DNA of 64,000 nt, taken from NCBI GenBank assembly GCA_010909165.1, contig VJWM01000151.1:62001-126000 (forward strand), in the 5' to 3' direction. Shown here in pieces: positions 28,601-44,100 of the stretch (within the stretch, counting starts at the first letter, position 1; each line of letters starts with the position of its first letter). The notes below the pieces were generated by a model. It made no database searches and was not told the origin of the DNA. It worked only from the letters and a program-made list of their open reading frames with translations. This stretch comes from Anthoceros angustus (Eukaryota; Plantae; Anthocerotophyta). The position numbers were made by a program, and so were the translations under genes.

Positions 28601-31600
28601 ATACAAGGGTCACTAATACAAACACGAAAAGCAATATGGTAATGGTAACAACCGTCCTTCTCTAGAAAATCCTAGTACCATGCAACCATTGCATGACGCA
28701 GAAAAATAAAATGCTTCAATTCATGAAAACAATGAGGACAACATAGGAGAAATAATGAGACAATGCTTGCTGAAACAGCTAATGAAATGGCGCAAATGTG
28801 TCAAACTCCAATCATGTTCAAGGATGCCCTCCGCATATTATGAAGATGATGTTAAAATGACTAATACTAGGGTCCCATCACCTAGTTCTCGTGTTGGATT
28901 TGATCGTGGTCAAGGATATCCTCCGCACATATCCAAGGTTATGTGGAAATGACTAATACTACGGTCTCGCCACCGTGTTTTCCGAGGCGATGATGTAGGG
29001 ATTACTAGAAGCCATACGGAAAATAAAGACTACAAGAAAAATAGTATGGTATTTGCGCCAACAGCCCGTCCTTATGGAAAAAGTCGCTAGCATGCAATCA
29101 TTGTACGTCGAGGAAATGCTTCAATTGATGGAAACAATTACGACAACAACATAGCTGGAAAACGAGATACTACGTGCGAAATAGCCGATGAATTGGCTCA
29201 ATCACAAAGTGTCCCATCAATTATTTCCAAACTAGGCAATGCTACACCTATAATTTTAATGAGATCAAGGCCTCATTTGATCGCAAAAGCGAAGAGGAAA
29301 AATTGGAAAAATGGAAAGTGCTTGCATATGGACTTCAAGTACGAATGGAACAATTTCTTGCAATAAGCAATTTACCTAAGCCAAGTCCTTCATATGACAA
29401 TCTGGATCAACATCGACATTATGTGAAAGAAATACGAAATTGGATGGATAGATCAAATGTTATTGCACAAGACGATGTCCCACAAAATGTTGCCCCACAA
29501 GAAACTACAATAAAAGAAGGAGTATAAATCAAGATTTATGTGAAAACAATGTCGACCACACTCCAAAATTTTATGATAGGAAGCCTGGATATAAAAACCC
29601 CAATCATATTGAAGGATGCCCTACGGCATATGTTGAAAGTTATAAAATTCCTAATACAAGGGTCCCATCACCTAGTTCCGTGTTGGATCCAATCATGGTC
29701 AAGAGTATCCTCCGAAAGGTTATTCAAAATTCCTAATACAAGGGTCACTAATACAAACACGAAAAGCAATATGGTAATGGTAACAACCGTCCTTCTCTAG
29801 AAAATCCTAGTACCATGCAACCATTGCATGACGCAGAAAAATAAAATGCTTCAATTCATGAAAACAATGAGGACAACATAGGAGAAATAATGAGACAATG
29901 CTTGCTGAAACAGCTAATGAAATGGCGCAAATGTGTCAAACTCCAATCATGTTCAAGGATGCCCTCCGGCATATTATGAAGATGATGTTAAAATGACTAA
30001 TACTAGGGTCCCATCACCTAGTTCTCGTGTTGGATTTGATCGTGGTCAAGGATATCCTCCGCACATATCCAAGGTTATGTGGAAATGACTAATACTACGG
30101 TCTCGCCACCGTGTTTTCCGAGGCGATGATGTAGGGATTACTAGAAGCCATACGGAAAATAAAGACTACAAGAAAAATAGTATGGTATTTGCGCCAACAG
30201 CCCGTCCTTATGCGGAAAAAGTCGCTAGCATGCAATCATTGTACGTCGAGGAAATGCTTCAATTGATGGAAACAATTACGACAACAACATAGCTGGAAAA
30301 CGAGATACTACGTGCGAAATAGCCGATGAATTGGCTCAATCAAAGTGTCCCATCAATTATTTCCAAACTAGGCAATGCTACACCTATAATTTTAATGAGA
30401 TCAAGGCCTCATTTGATCGCAAAAGCGAAGAGGAAAAATTGGAAAAATGGAAAGTGCTTGCATATGGACTTCAAGTACGAATGGAACAATTTCTTGCAAT
30501 AAGCAATTTACCTAAGCCAAGTCCTTCATATGACAACAACTGGATCAACATCGACATTATGTGAAAGAAATACGAAATTGGATGGATAGATCAAATGTTA
30601 TTGCACAAGACGATGTCCCACAAAATGTTGCCCCACAAGAAACTACAATAAAAGAAGGAGTATAAATCAAGATTTATGTGAAAACAATGTCGACCACACT
30701 CCAAAATTTTATGATAGGAAGCCTGGATATAAAAACCCCAATCATATTGAAGGATGCCCTACGGCATATGTTGAAAGTTATGCGAAAATTCCTAATACAA
30801 GGGTCCCATCACCTAGTTCCGTGTTGGATCCAATCATGGTCAAGAGTATCCTCAAAGGTTATTCAAAATTCCTAATACAAGGGTCACTAATACAAACACG
30901 AAAAGCAATATGGTAATGGTAACAACCCGTCCTTCTCTAGAAAATCCTAGTACCATGCAACCATTGCATGACGCAGAAAAATAAAATGCTTCAATTCATG
31001 AAAACAATGAGGACAACATAGGAGAAATAATGAGACAATGCTTGCTGAAACAGCTAATGAAATGGCGCAAATGTGTCAAACTGTCCCATCAATCATTTCC
31101 AAATAAGAGAAAGCTACACCATTAATCTATCTTTAATGCAATCGGCCTCATTTGATCGCAAAAGCGAAGAGGAGAATTTGGGAAAATGAAAAGTGCTTGG
31201 ATATAGACGTCAAATCTGAAGAAACAATTTCTTGCACTAAGAAGTTTACTTAAGCCAAGTCCTTCATGTGACAACAACTGGATCAACAACAACATTACGT
31301 GAAACAAATATAAAATTTGATAGATAAATCAATGTGATTGCACAAGACGATGTCTCACAAAATGTTGCCGCACACGGCTTATGATAAAAGGACGAGTAAA
31401 AAATCACAATCTACATGAAAATTAGGGCCCATATCAAAATTTAGTAATTCCTTCTAGTGCTATGCTATTTGAGAACAATCTTATTTTCATAGTAACCTTT
31501 AAATATGATTAGTTAGATGTTATTAATCAATCCTTGGCCTTTGAAAATCGACCTTCTATAATGTCTTTGATTGACCCTACCATATGTCAAGATTTAAACC

Positions 31601-33302
31601 AAAATACAAATCAAAATTTATCCTTGGCCTTTGAAAAGTAGTCTTCTTTGATTTTGAGTCCTTGGTCTTTGAATCTCTACTACGGACGACTATAAATGTG
31701 CCACCAGCCACACTAATTAGTTATCAAACAAGCTCAACCTTTGACGACCCTTGGTGCATTTCAGAGTAGCTAGTGACTTTTCAAGCGTGAAGTTACAACA
31801 TTTTGTTTTGGTGACAATGGTGTCTGTGAAAAGGTTTTGAAGAATTTGATGAGGAAATCAAGCCCGATTTCCAAAGAGGATTCATCGCAATTGTTTCACC
31901 GTTAGTATCCGCTGCAGACGGATAAAACTTGTGTTTCTATTGCGAGACGGATAACATTTCCGTTCTGTTGCTCATATGTCCCGTAGCTTGTTCACCATGC
32001 TTCTTAAAACTTCGTAGATATCCTTTATCAATCATAAGATGTCGATAAGGAGGTTATGAAAACACTTGACATGGAGCACCGTGAGAAAATGCTTGTGGGG
32101 CTTCTATCGCCTCAACTATTATGGTGCATTTTAGAGTGGAAACCATAACATGCATCGGTTGCAACCTTAACATGCATCGGTTGCAACCTAAGAATTCTTC
32201 AACACGCTTTCAAGAAGATCACGTCGAGGTTACCTTCTTGTAAGATCATTTGATGAGCGAAAGAGGAGCACAAGTTACACAATCATATTCTTGAATTGGT
32301 GGAGAAAGGAATTCTTCAATTTTTGAAATGGATGATCACACTTGCAAAAGGAATGTAAATGCAAGATCATATTCATTAATTTATTTTAGCAGTGATATAT
32401 TCATTTTATTCTCTTTCCTACTTCATGTTTTGAAATGTTTGCAAACCATCATTATGTTACCGAGATCATTTAACTCCACCGTGCGCTGCTTTCGTTTTCT
32501 CGTCCACCTTCAGAATCGCAATTTACAAAGACTGCACGGATCTCCATCGTAACACGGCCCCTAGAAGATCTAAATCGCTTTGCTTCAATCGACAAATGTT
32601 GCACTGATCCGGGAAGGCCGCCATTCAACGCGCCTCCTTAAGATATGGGCTATTGAGCTCCAAGAAGTCTCTGGAGGCGCGAGTGGATGCCTGAGCGATG
32701 AATTTTGGGGCTCGTCTTGAAATACTTGGGAAAGATGGTGCGGATGAGAAACACCAAGGCAAAAGCGAAGAGGAGCACAACCTGATTTTGGTACAAGCGA
32801 GAGTCTACCATGCCAATTTTTCACAACGCTTGGATCTATTGGGTGTCGTTTCTAGTTGCGTCTTCTAGAAGCGCCGATAACCGCTCCATAATGAAATGCT
32901 GGTAAGTAGCTTCTAGACAAGGTTTTAGTATAGTTAATTAGCAATATTCTAGGAAAGTGATAAAATAGAAATAGTGATAATATAGAAGAAAATAGAAAGA
33001 GTGATAATATAGAAGGCCATGGGTGCCCTAGTCTATATATGTCCTATATACTCACATATATTATGTATCTTGTGTTGGGTTTTCTATGTTATCTTAGGTT
33101 ATAATTATTCTAAAGTAGGTATTTGTTTTCATATCTTTGTGTTTGGCCTCTAAAGTTGTCTGTGTGCACCTTGTGAACACGAAACGGTGGTACAAGAATA
33201 ACCGAGGCGTTAAAGAATTTTACGATGGGAACGATATCAAATCGTCACACACCATCCAAGAAAAACACATAGCTTGATTAGAGAAAGCTCTAAGGAAAAG
33301 AA

Positions 33303-35111
33303 ATGGCTGCTCAACAGACTTCATCTAGCATAAATACACGTGGTGACAAGAGGAGGTTTAACGGTCCGAAAATACCAATGATAATAGGAAAACGCGTTAC
33401 CACGAAAAAGATTCAACGACCAAGTTCAAAAGGAAATCGAGATTCACATGGTCAAGCTCCTCAACTACTTCAAAGAAACTCGAAACCCAACTGCTTACTG
33501 CTCATCCGCTTATACTTTGAGCATATGTCATTCCACAAACCTCCTCTACATCACAAGACGCGTCCGCCACACAACAATTTTGGACATAATATCAACCATA
33601 CTTCAAAATTTTACGATGGGAACGATATCAAAAATTCCAATCTTGTTCAAGGATGCCCTCGGGCATATTTTGAAAATTATGGGCAAATGACTAATACGAG
33701 GGTCTCATCACCTACTTCTGTTGGATCCAACCATGTTCAAGGATATCCACGTGCACATGTTCAAGGTCATGCGAAAATGATTAATACTACTAGGGCTGCA
33801 TTTTATGATGCGAACAATATTCAAACTCCAATCATGTTCAAGGATGCCCTCCGCATATTATGAAGATGATGTTAAAATGACTAATACTAGGGTCCCATCA
33901 CCTAGTTCTCGTGTTGGATTTGATCGTGGTCAAGGATATCCTCCGCACATATCCAAGGTTATGTGGAAATGACTAATACTACGGTCTCGCCACCGTGTTT
34001 TCCGAGGCGATGATGTAGGGATTACTAGAAGCCATACGGAAAATAAAGACTACAAGAAAAATAGTATGGTATTTGCGCCAACAGCCCGTCCTTATGCGGA
34101 AAAAGCTGCTAGCATGCAATCATTGTACGTCGTAGGAAATGCTTCAATTGATGGAAACAATTACGACAACAACATAGCTGGAAAAACGAGATACTACGTG
34201 CGAAATAGGCGATGATGTAGGGATTACTAGAAGCCATACGGAAAATAAAGACTACAAGAAAAATAGTATGGTATTTGCGCCAACAGCCCGTCCTTATGCG
34301 GAAAAAGCTGCTAGCATGCAATCATTGTACGTCGTAGGAAATGCTTCAATTGATGGAAACAATTACGACAACAACATAGCTGGAAAAACGAGATACTACG
34401 TGCGAAATAGCCGATGAATTGGCTCAATCGTCAAAGTGTCCCATCAATTATTTCCAAACTAGGCAATGCTACACCTATAATTTTAATGAGATCAAGGCCT
34501 CATTTGATCGCAAAAGCGAAGAGGAAAAATTGGAAAAATGGAAAGTGCTTGCATATGGACTTCAAGTACGAATGGAACAATTTCTTGCAATAAGCAATTT
34601 ACCTAAGCCAAGTCCTTCATATGACAACAATGGATCAACATCGACATTATGTGAAAGAAATACGAAATTGGATGGATAGATCAAATGTTATTGCACAAGA
34701 CGATGTCCCACAAAATGTTGCCCCACAAGAAACTACAATAAAAGAAGGAGTATAAAATCAAGATTTATGTGAAAACAATGTCGACCACACTCCAAAATTT
34801 TATGATAGGAAGCCTGGATATAAAAACCCCAATCATATTGAAGGATGCCCTCGGCATATGTTGAAAGTTATGCGAAAATTCCTAATACAAGGGTCCCATC
34901 ACCTAGTTCCGTGTTGGATCCAATCATGGTCAAGAGTATCCTCCAAGGTTATTCAAAAATTCCTAATACAAGGGTCACTAATACAAACACGAAAAGCAAT
35001 ATGGTAATGGTAACAACCCGTCCTTCTCTAGAAAATCCTAGTACCATGCAACCATTGCATGACGCAGAAAATAAAATGCTTCAATTCATGAAAACAATGA
35101 GGACAACATAG
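33303..35111 (+). pseudogene. Copy of the array orphan ORF with the longest open 5' segment (186 aa)
   Basis: ORF track 33303-33863 (MAAQQTSS...), 34419-34679 and 34845-35111; ~200 bp internal duplication near 34010-34410. Confidence 0.55.
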
Positions 35112-38100
35112 GAGAAATAATGAGACAATGCTTGCTGAAACAGCTAATGAAATGGCGCAAATGTGTCAAACGTCCCATCAATCATTTCCAAATAAGAGAA
35201 AGCTACACCATTAATCTATCTTTAATGCAATCGGCCTCATTTGACGCAAAACGAAGAGGAGAATTTGGGAAAATGAAAAGTGCTTGGATATAGACGTCAA
35301 ATCTGAAAGAAACAATTTCTTGCACTAAGAAGTTTACTTAAGCCAAGTCCTTCATGTGACAACAAGTCGGATCAACAACAACATTACGTGAAACAAATAT
35401 AAAATTTGATAGATAAATCAATGTGATTGCACAAGACGATGTCTCACAAAATGTTGCCGCACGGCTTATGATAAAAGGACGAGTAAAAAATCACAATCTA
35501 CATGAAAATTAGGGCCCATATCAAATTTAGTAATTCCTTCTAGTGCTATGCTATTTGAGAACAATCTTATTTTCATAGTAACCTTTAAATATGATTAGTT
35601 AGATGTTATTAATCAATCCTTGGCCTTTGAAAATCGGACCTTCTATAATGTCTTTGATTGACCCTACCATATGTCAAGATTTAAACCAAAATACAAATCA
35701 AAATTTATCCTTGGCCTTTGAAAAGTAGTCTTCTTTGATTTTGAGTCCTTGGTCTTTGAATCTCTACTTTTGACGACTATAAATGTGCCACCAGCCACAC
35801 TAATTAGTTATCAAACAAGCTCAACCTTTTGACGACCCTTGGTGCATTTCACGAGTAGCTAGTGACTTTCAAGCGTGAAGTTACAACATTTTGTTTTGGT
35901 GACAATGGTGTCTGTGAAAAGGTTTTGAAGAATTTGATGAGGAAATCAAGCCCGATTTCCAAAGAGGATTCATCGCAATTGTTCACCGTTAGTATCCGTT
36001 GCAGACGGATAAAACTTGTGTTTCTATTGCGAGACGGATAACATTTCCGTTCCTCGTTGCTCATATGTCCCGTAGCTTGTTCACCATGCTTCTTAAAACT
36101 TCGTAGATATCCTTTATCAATCATAAGATGTCGATAAGGAGGTTATGAAAACACTTGACATGGAGCACCGTGAGAAAATGCTTGTGGGGCTTCTATCGCC
36201 TCAACTATTATGGTGCATTTTAGAGTGGAAACCATAACATGCATCGGTTGCAACCTTAACATGCATCTTGCAACCTAAGAATTCTTCACACGCTTTCAAG
36301 AAGATCACGTCGAGGTTACCTTCTTGTAAGATCATTTGATGAGCGTAAAGAGGAGCACAAGTTACACAATCATATTCTTGAATTGGTGGAGAAAGGAATT
36401 CTTCAATTTTGAAATGGATGATCACACTTGCAAAAGGAATGTAAATGCAAGATCATATTCATTAATTTATTTTAGCGTGATATATTCATTTTATTCTCTT
36501 TCCTACTTCATGTTTTGAAATGTTTGCAAACCATCATTATGTTACCGAGATCATTTAACTCACACTGCTTTCGTTTTCTCGTCCACCTTCAGAATCGCAA
36601 TTTACAAAGACTGCACGGATCTCCATCGTAACACGGCCCCTAGAAGATCTAAATCGCCTTTGCTTCAATCGACAAATGTTGCACTGATCCGGGAAGGCGC
36701 CATTCAACGCGCTCTCCTTAAGATATGGGCTATTGAGCTCCAAGAAGTCTCCGAGGCGCGAGTGGATGCCCGAGCTGAATTTTGGGGCTCGTCTTGAAAT
36801 ACTTGGGAAAGATGGTGCGGATGAGAAACACCAAGGCGGGCGGAGCACAACCCTGATTTTGGTACAAGCGGCCGAGAGTCTACCATGCCAATTTTTCACA
36901 ACGCTTGGATCTATTGGGTGTCGTTTCTAGTTGCGTCTTCTAGAAGCCTCGATAACCGCTCCATAATGAAATGCTGGTAAGTAGCTTCTAGACAAGGTTT
37001 TAGTATAGTTAATTAGCAATATTCTAGGAAAGTGATAAAATAGAAATAGTGATAATATAGAAGAAAATAGAAAGAGTGATAATATAGAAGCGCCATGGGT
37101 GCCCTAGTCTATATATGTCCTATATACTCACACATATATTATGTATCTTGTGTTGGGTTTTCTATGTTATCTTAGGTTATAATTATTCTAAAGTAGGTAT
37201 TTGTTTTTCATATCTTTGTGTTTGGCCTCTAAAGTTGTCTGTGCACCTTGTGAACACGAAACGGTGGTACAAGAATAACCGAGGCGTTAAAGAATTTTAC
37301 GATGGGAACGATATCAAAAATTCCTAATACAAACACGAAACGGTGGTACAAGAAAAACACATAGCTTGATTAGAGAAAGCTCTAAGGAAAAGAAATGGCT
37401 GCTCAACAGACTTCATCTAGCATAAATACACGTGGTGACAAGAGGAGGTTTAACGGGTCCGAAAATACCAATGATAATAGGAAAAAGCGTTACCACGGAA
37501 AAAGATTCAACGACCAAGTTCAAAAGGAAATCGAGATTCACATGGTCAAGCTCCTCAACTACTTGACAAACTCGAAACCCAACTGCTTACTGCTCATCCG
37601 CTTATACTTTGAGTTCTATCCGCATATGTCATTCCACAAACCTCCTCTACATCACAAGACGCGGTCCGCCACACAACAATTTTGGACATAATATCAACCA
37701 TACTTCAAAATTTTACGATGGGAACGATATCAAAAATTCCAATCTTGTTCAAGGATGCCCTCGGGCATATTTTGAAAATTATGGGCAAATGACTAATACG
37801 AGGGTCTCATCACCTACTTCTCGTGTTGGATCCAACCATGTTCAAGGATATCCACGTGCACATGTTCAAGGTCATGCGAAAATGATTAATACTACTAGGG
37901 CTGCATTTTATGATGCGAACAATATTCAAACTCCAATCATGTTCAAGGATGCCCTCCGCATATTATGAAGATGATGTTAAAATGACTAATACTAGGGTCC
38001 CATCACCTAGTTCTCGTGTTGGATTTGATCGTGGTCAAGGATATCCTCCGCACATATCCAAGGTTATGTGGAAATGACTAATACTACGGTCTCGCCACCG

Positions 38101-41100
38101 TGTTTTCCGAGGCGATGATGTAGGGATTACTAGAAGCCATACGGAAAATAAAGACTACAAGAAAATAGTATGGTATTTGCGCCAACAGCCCGTCCTTATG
38201 CGGAAAAAGTCGCTAGCATGCAATCATTGTACGTCGTGAGAAAATGCTTGTGGGGCTTCTATCGCCTCAACTATTATGGTGCATTTTAGAGTGGAAACCA
38301 TAACATGCATCGGTTGCAACCTTAACATGCATCGGTTGCAACCTAAGAATTCTTCACACGCTTTCAAGAAGATCACGCCGAGGTTACCTTCTTGTAAGAT
38401 CATTTGATGAGCGTAAAGAGGAGCACAAGTTACACAATCATATTCTTGAATTGGTGGAGAAAGGAATTCTTCAATTTTGAAATGGATGATCACACTTGCA
38501 AAAGGAATGTAAATGCAAGATCATATTCATTAATTTATTTTAGCAGTGATATATTCATTTTATTCTCTTTCCTACTTCATGTTTTGAAATGTTTGCAAAC
38601 CATCATTATGTTACCGAGATCATTTAACTCACACCGGCGCTGCTTTCTCGTCCACCTTCAGAATCGCAATTTACAAAGACTGCACGGATCTCCATCGTAA
38701 CACGGCCCCTAGAAGATCTAAATCGCCTTTGCTTCAATCGACAAATGTTGCACTTCGATCCGGGAAGGCACGCCATTCAACGCTCTCCTTAAGATATGGG
38801 CTATTGAGCTCCAAGAAGTCTCGAGGCGCGAGTGGATGCCCGAGCTGAATTTTGGGGCTCGTCTTGAGATACTTGGGAAAGATGATGCGGATGAGAAACA
38901 CCAAGGCAAAAAGCGAAGCGGAGCAGAACCCGGTGATTTTGGTACAAGCGGCCGAGAGTGTACCATGCCAATTTTTCACAACGCTTGGATCTATTGGGTG
39001 TCGTTTCTAGTTGCAAGCGTCTTCTAGAAGCCTGTCGATAACCGCTCCATGATGAAATGCTGGTAAGTAGCTTCTAGACAAGGTTTTAGTATAGTTAATT
39101 AGCAATATTCTAGGAAAGTGATAAAATAGAAATAGTGATAATATAGAAGAAAATAGAAAGAGTGATAATATAGAAGCGCCATGGGTGCCCTAGTCTATAT
39201 ATGTCCTATATACTCACACATATATTATGTATCTTGTGTTGGGTTTTCTATGTTATCTTAGGTTATAATTATTCTAAAGTAGGTATTTGTTTTTCATATC
39301 TTTGTGTTTGGCCTCTAAAGTTGTCTGTGCACCTTGTGAACACGAAACGGTGGTACAAGAATAACCGAGGCGTTAAAGAATTTTACGATGGGAACGATAT
39401 CAATCACACACCATCCAAGAAAAACACATAGCTTGATTAGAGAAAGCTCTAAGGAAAAGAAATGGCTGCTCAATGACTTCATCTAGCATAAATACACGTG
39501 GTGACAAGAGGAGGTTTAACGGTCCGAAAATACCAATGATAATAGGAAAACGCTACTACGGAAAAAGATTCAACGACCAAGTTCAAAAGGAAATCGAGAT
39601 TCACATGGTCAAGCTCCTCAACTACTTGACAAACTCGAAACCCAACTGCTTACTGCTCATCCGCTTATACTTTGAGTTCTATCCGCATATGTCATTCCAC
39701 AAACCTCCTCTACATCACAAGACGCGGTCCGCCACACAACAATTTTGGACATAATATCAACCATACTTCAAAATTTTACGATGGGAACGATATCAAAAAT
39801 TCCAATCTTGTTCAAGGATGCCCTCGGGCATATTTTGAAAATTATGGGCAAATGACTAATACGAGGGTCTCATCACCTACTTCGTGTTGGATCCAACCAT
39901 GTTCAAGGATATCCACGTGCACATGTTCAAGGTCATGCGAAAATGATTAATACTACTAGGGCTGCATTTTATGATGCGAACAATATTCAAACTCCAATCA
40001 TGTTCAAGGATGCCTCCGCATATTATGAAGATGATGTTAAAATGACTAATACTAGGGTCCCATCACCTAGTTCTCGTGTTGGATTTGATCGTGGTCAAGG
40101 ATATCCTCCGCACATATCCAAGGTTATGTGGAAATGACTAATACTACGGTCTCGCCACCGTGTTTTCCGAGGCGATGATGTAGGGATTACTAGAAGCCAT
40201 ACGGAAAATAAAGACTACAAGAAAATAGTATGGTATTTGCGCCAACAGCCCGTCCTTATGCGGAAAAAGTCGCTAGCATGCAATCATTGTACGTCGAGGA
40301 AATGCTTCAATTGATGGAAACAATTACGACAACAACATAGCTGGAAAAACGAGATACTACGTGCGAAATAGCCGATGAATTGGCTCAATCGTCAAAGTGT
40401 CCCATCAATTATTTCCAAACTAGGCAATGCTACACCTATAATTTTTAATGAGATCAAGGCCTCATTTGATCGCAAAAGCGAAGAGGAAAAATTGGAAAAA
40501 TGGAAAGTGCTTGCATATGGACTTCAAGTACGAATGGAACAATTTCTTGCAATAAGCAATTTACCTAAGCCAAGTCCTTCATATGACAACAATGGATCAA
40601 CATCGACATTATGTGAAAGAAATACGAAATTGGATGGATAGATCAAATGTTATTGCACAAGACGATGTCCCACAAAATGTTGCCCCACAAGAAACTACAA
40701 TAAAAGAAGGAGTATAAAATCAAGATTTATGTGAAAACAATGTCGACCACACTCCAAAATTTTATGATAGGAAGCCTGGATATAAAAACCCCAATCATAT
40801 TGAAGGATGCCCTACGGCATATGTTGAAAGTTATGCGAAAATTCTAATACAAGGGTCCCATCACCTAGTTCCGTGTTGGATCCAATCATGGTCAAGAGTA
40901 TCCTCCGAAAGGTTATTCAAAAATTCCTAATACAAGGGTCACTAATACAAACACGAAAAGCAATATGGTAATGGTAACAACCCGTCCTTCTCTAGAAAAT
41001 CCTAGTACCATGCAACCATTGCATGACGAAAATAAAAGACTACAAGAAAATAGTATGGTATTTGCGCCAACAGCCCGTCCTTATGCGGAAAAGTCGCTAG

Positions 41101-44100
41101 CATGCAATCATTGTACGTCGAGGAAATGCTTCAATTGATGGAACAATTACGACAACAACATAGCTGGAAAAACGAGATACTACGAAATAGCGATGAATTG
41201 GCTCAATCGTCAAAGTGTCCCATCAATTATTTCCAAACTAGGCAATGCTACACCTATAATTTTTAATGAGATCAAGGCCTCATTTGATCGCAAAAGCGAA
41301 GAGGAAAAATTGGAAAAATGGAAAGTGCTTGCATATGGACTTCAAGTACGAATGGAACAATTTCTTGCAATAAGCAATTTACCTAAGCCAAGTCCTTCAT
41401 ATGACAACAACAACTGGATCAACATCGACATTATGTGAAAGAAATACGAAATTGGATGGATAGATCAAATGTTATTGCACAAGACGATGTCCCACAAAAT
41501 GTTGCCCCACAAGAAACTACAATAAAAGAAGGAGTATAAAATCAAGATTTATGTGAAAACAATGTCGACCACACTCCAAAATTTTATGATAGGAAGCCTG
41601 GATATAAAAACCCCAATCATATTGAAGGATGCCCTACGGCATATGTTGAAAGTTATGCGAAAATTCTAATACAAGGGTCCCATCACCTAGTTCCGTGTTG
41701 GATCCAATCATGGTCAAGAGTATCCTCCAAAGGTTATTCAAAAATTCCTAATACAAGGGTCACTAATACAAACACGAAAAGCAATATGGTAATGGTAACA
41801 ACCCGTCCTTCTCTAGAAAATCCTAGTACCATGCAACCATTGCATGACGAAAATAAAATGCTTCAATTCATGAAAACAATGAGGACAACATAGGAGAAAT
41901 AATGAGACAATGCTTGCTGAAACAGCTAATGAAATGGCGCAAATGTGTCAAACTGTCCCATCAATCATTTCCAAATAAGAGAAAGCTACACCATTAATCT
42001 ATCTTTAATGCAATCGATTGCCTCATTTGATGCAAAAGCGAAGAGGAGAATTTGGGAAAATGAAAAGTGCTTGGATATAGGCGTCAAATCTGAAAGAAAC
42101 AATTTCTTGCACTAAGAAGTTTACTTAAGCCAAGTCCTTCATGTGACAACAATTTGGATCAACAACAACATTACGTGAAACAAATATAAAATTTGATAGA
42201 TAAATCAATGTGATTGCACAAGACGATGTCTCACAAAATGTTGCACACGGCTTATGATAAAAGGACGAGTAAAAATCACAATCTACATGAAAATTAGGGC
42301 CCATATCAAATTTAGTAATTCCTTCTAGTGCTATGCTATTTGAGAACAATCTTATTTTCATAGTAACCTTTAAATATGATTAGTTAGATGTTATTAATCA
42401 ATCCTTGGCCTTTGAAAATCGACCTTCTATAATGTCTTTGATTGACCCTACCATATGTCAAGATTTAAACCAAAATACAAATCAAAATTTATCCTTGGCC
42501 TTTGAAAAGTAGTCTTCTTTGATTTTGAGTCCTTGGTCTTTGAATCTCTCACTCTGACGACTATAAATGTGCCACCAGCCACACTAATTAGTTATCAAAC
42601 AAGCTCAACCTTTTGACGACCCTTGGTGCATTTCCGAGTAGCTAGTGACTTTCAAGCGTGAAGTTACAACATTTTGTTTTGGTGACAATGGTGTCGTGAA
42701 AAGGTTTTGAAGAATTTGATGAGGAAATCAAGCCCGATTTCCAAAGAGGATTCATCGCAATTGTTTCAGCCGTTAGTATCCGTTGCAGAGACGGATAAAA
42801 CTTGTGTTTCTATTGCAGACGGATAACATTTCCGTTCTGTTGCTCATATGTCCGTAGCTTGTTCACCATGCTTCTTAAAACTTGAGATATCCTTTATCAA
42901 TCATAAGATGTCGATAAGGAGGTTATGAAAACACTTGACATGGAGCAAGTGAGAAAATGCTTGTGGGGCTTCTATCGCCTCAACTATTATGGTGCATTTT
43001 AGAGTGGAAACCATAACATGCATCGGTTGCAACCTTAACATGCATCTTGCAACCTAAGAATTCTTCACACGCTTTCAAGAAGATCACGTCGGAGGTTACC
43101 TTCTTGTAAGATCATTTGATGAGCGAAGAGGAGCACAAGTTACACAATCATATTCTTGAATTGGTGGAGAAAGGAATTCTTCAATTTTGAAATGGATGAT
43201 CACACTTGCAAAAGGAATGTAAATGCAAGATCATATTCATTAATTTATTTTAGCGTGATATATTCATTTTATTCTCTTTCCTACTTCATGTTTTGAAATG
43301 TTTGCAAACCATCATTATGTTACCGAGATCATTTAACTCACACTCGTTTTCTCGTCGTCCACCTTCAGAATCGCAATTTACAAAGACCGCACGGATCTCC
43401 ATCGTAACACGGCCCCTAGAAGATCTAAATCGCCTTTGCTTCAATCGACAAATGTTGCACTTGATCCGGGAAGGCCGCCATTCAACGCTCTCCTTAAGAT
43501 ATGGGCTATTGAGCTCCAAGAAGTCTCGAGGCGCGAGTGGATGCCTGAGCTGAATTTTTGGGGCTCGTCTTGAAATACTTGGGAAAGATGGTGCGGATGA
43601 GAAACACCAAGGCAGCGGAGCACAACCCGTGATTTTGGTACAAGCGAGAGTCTACCATGCCAATTTTTCACAACGCTTGGATCTATTGGGTGTCGTTTCT
43701 AGTTGCGTCTTCTAGAAGCTGTCGATAAGCTCCATAATGAAATCTGGTAAGTAGCTTCTAGACAAGGTTTTAGTATAGTTAATTAGCAATATTCTAGGAA
43801 AGTGATAAAATAGAAATAGTGATAATATAGAAGAAAATAGAAAGAGTGATAATATAGAAGCGCCATGGGTGCCCTAGTCTATATATGTCCTATATACTCA
43901 CATATATTATGTATCTTGTGTTGGGTTTTCTATGTTATCTTAGGTTATAATTATTCTAAAGTAGGTATTTGTTTTCATATCTTTGTGTTTGGCCTCTAAA
44001 GTTGTCTGTGCACCTTGTGAACACGAAGCAGTGGTACAAGAATAACCGAGGCGTTAAAGAATTTTACGATGGGAACGATATCAAAATTTACAAGACGCGT

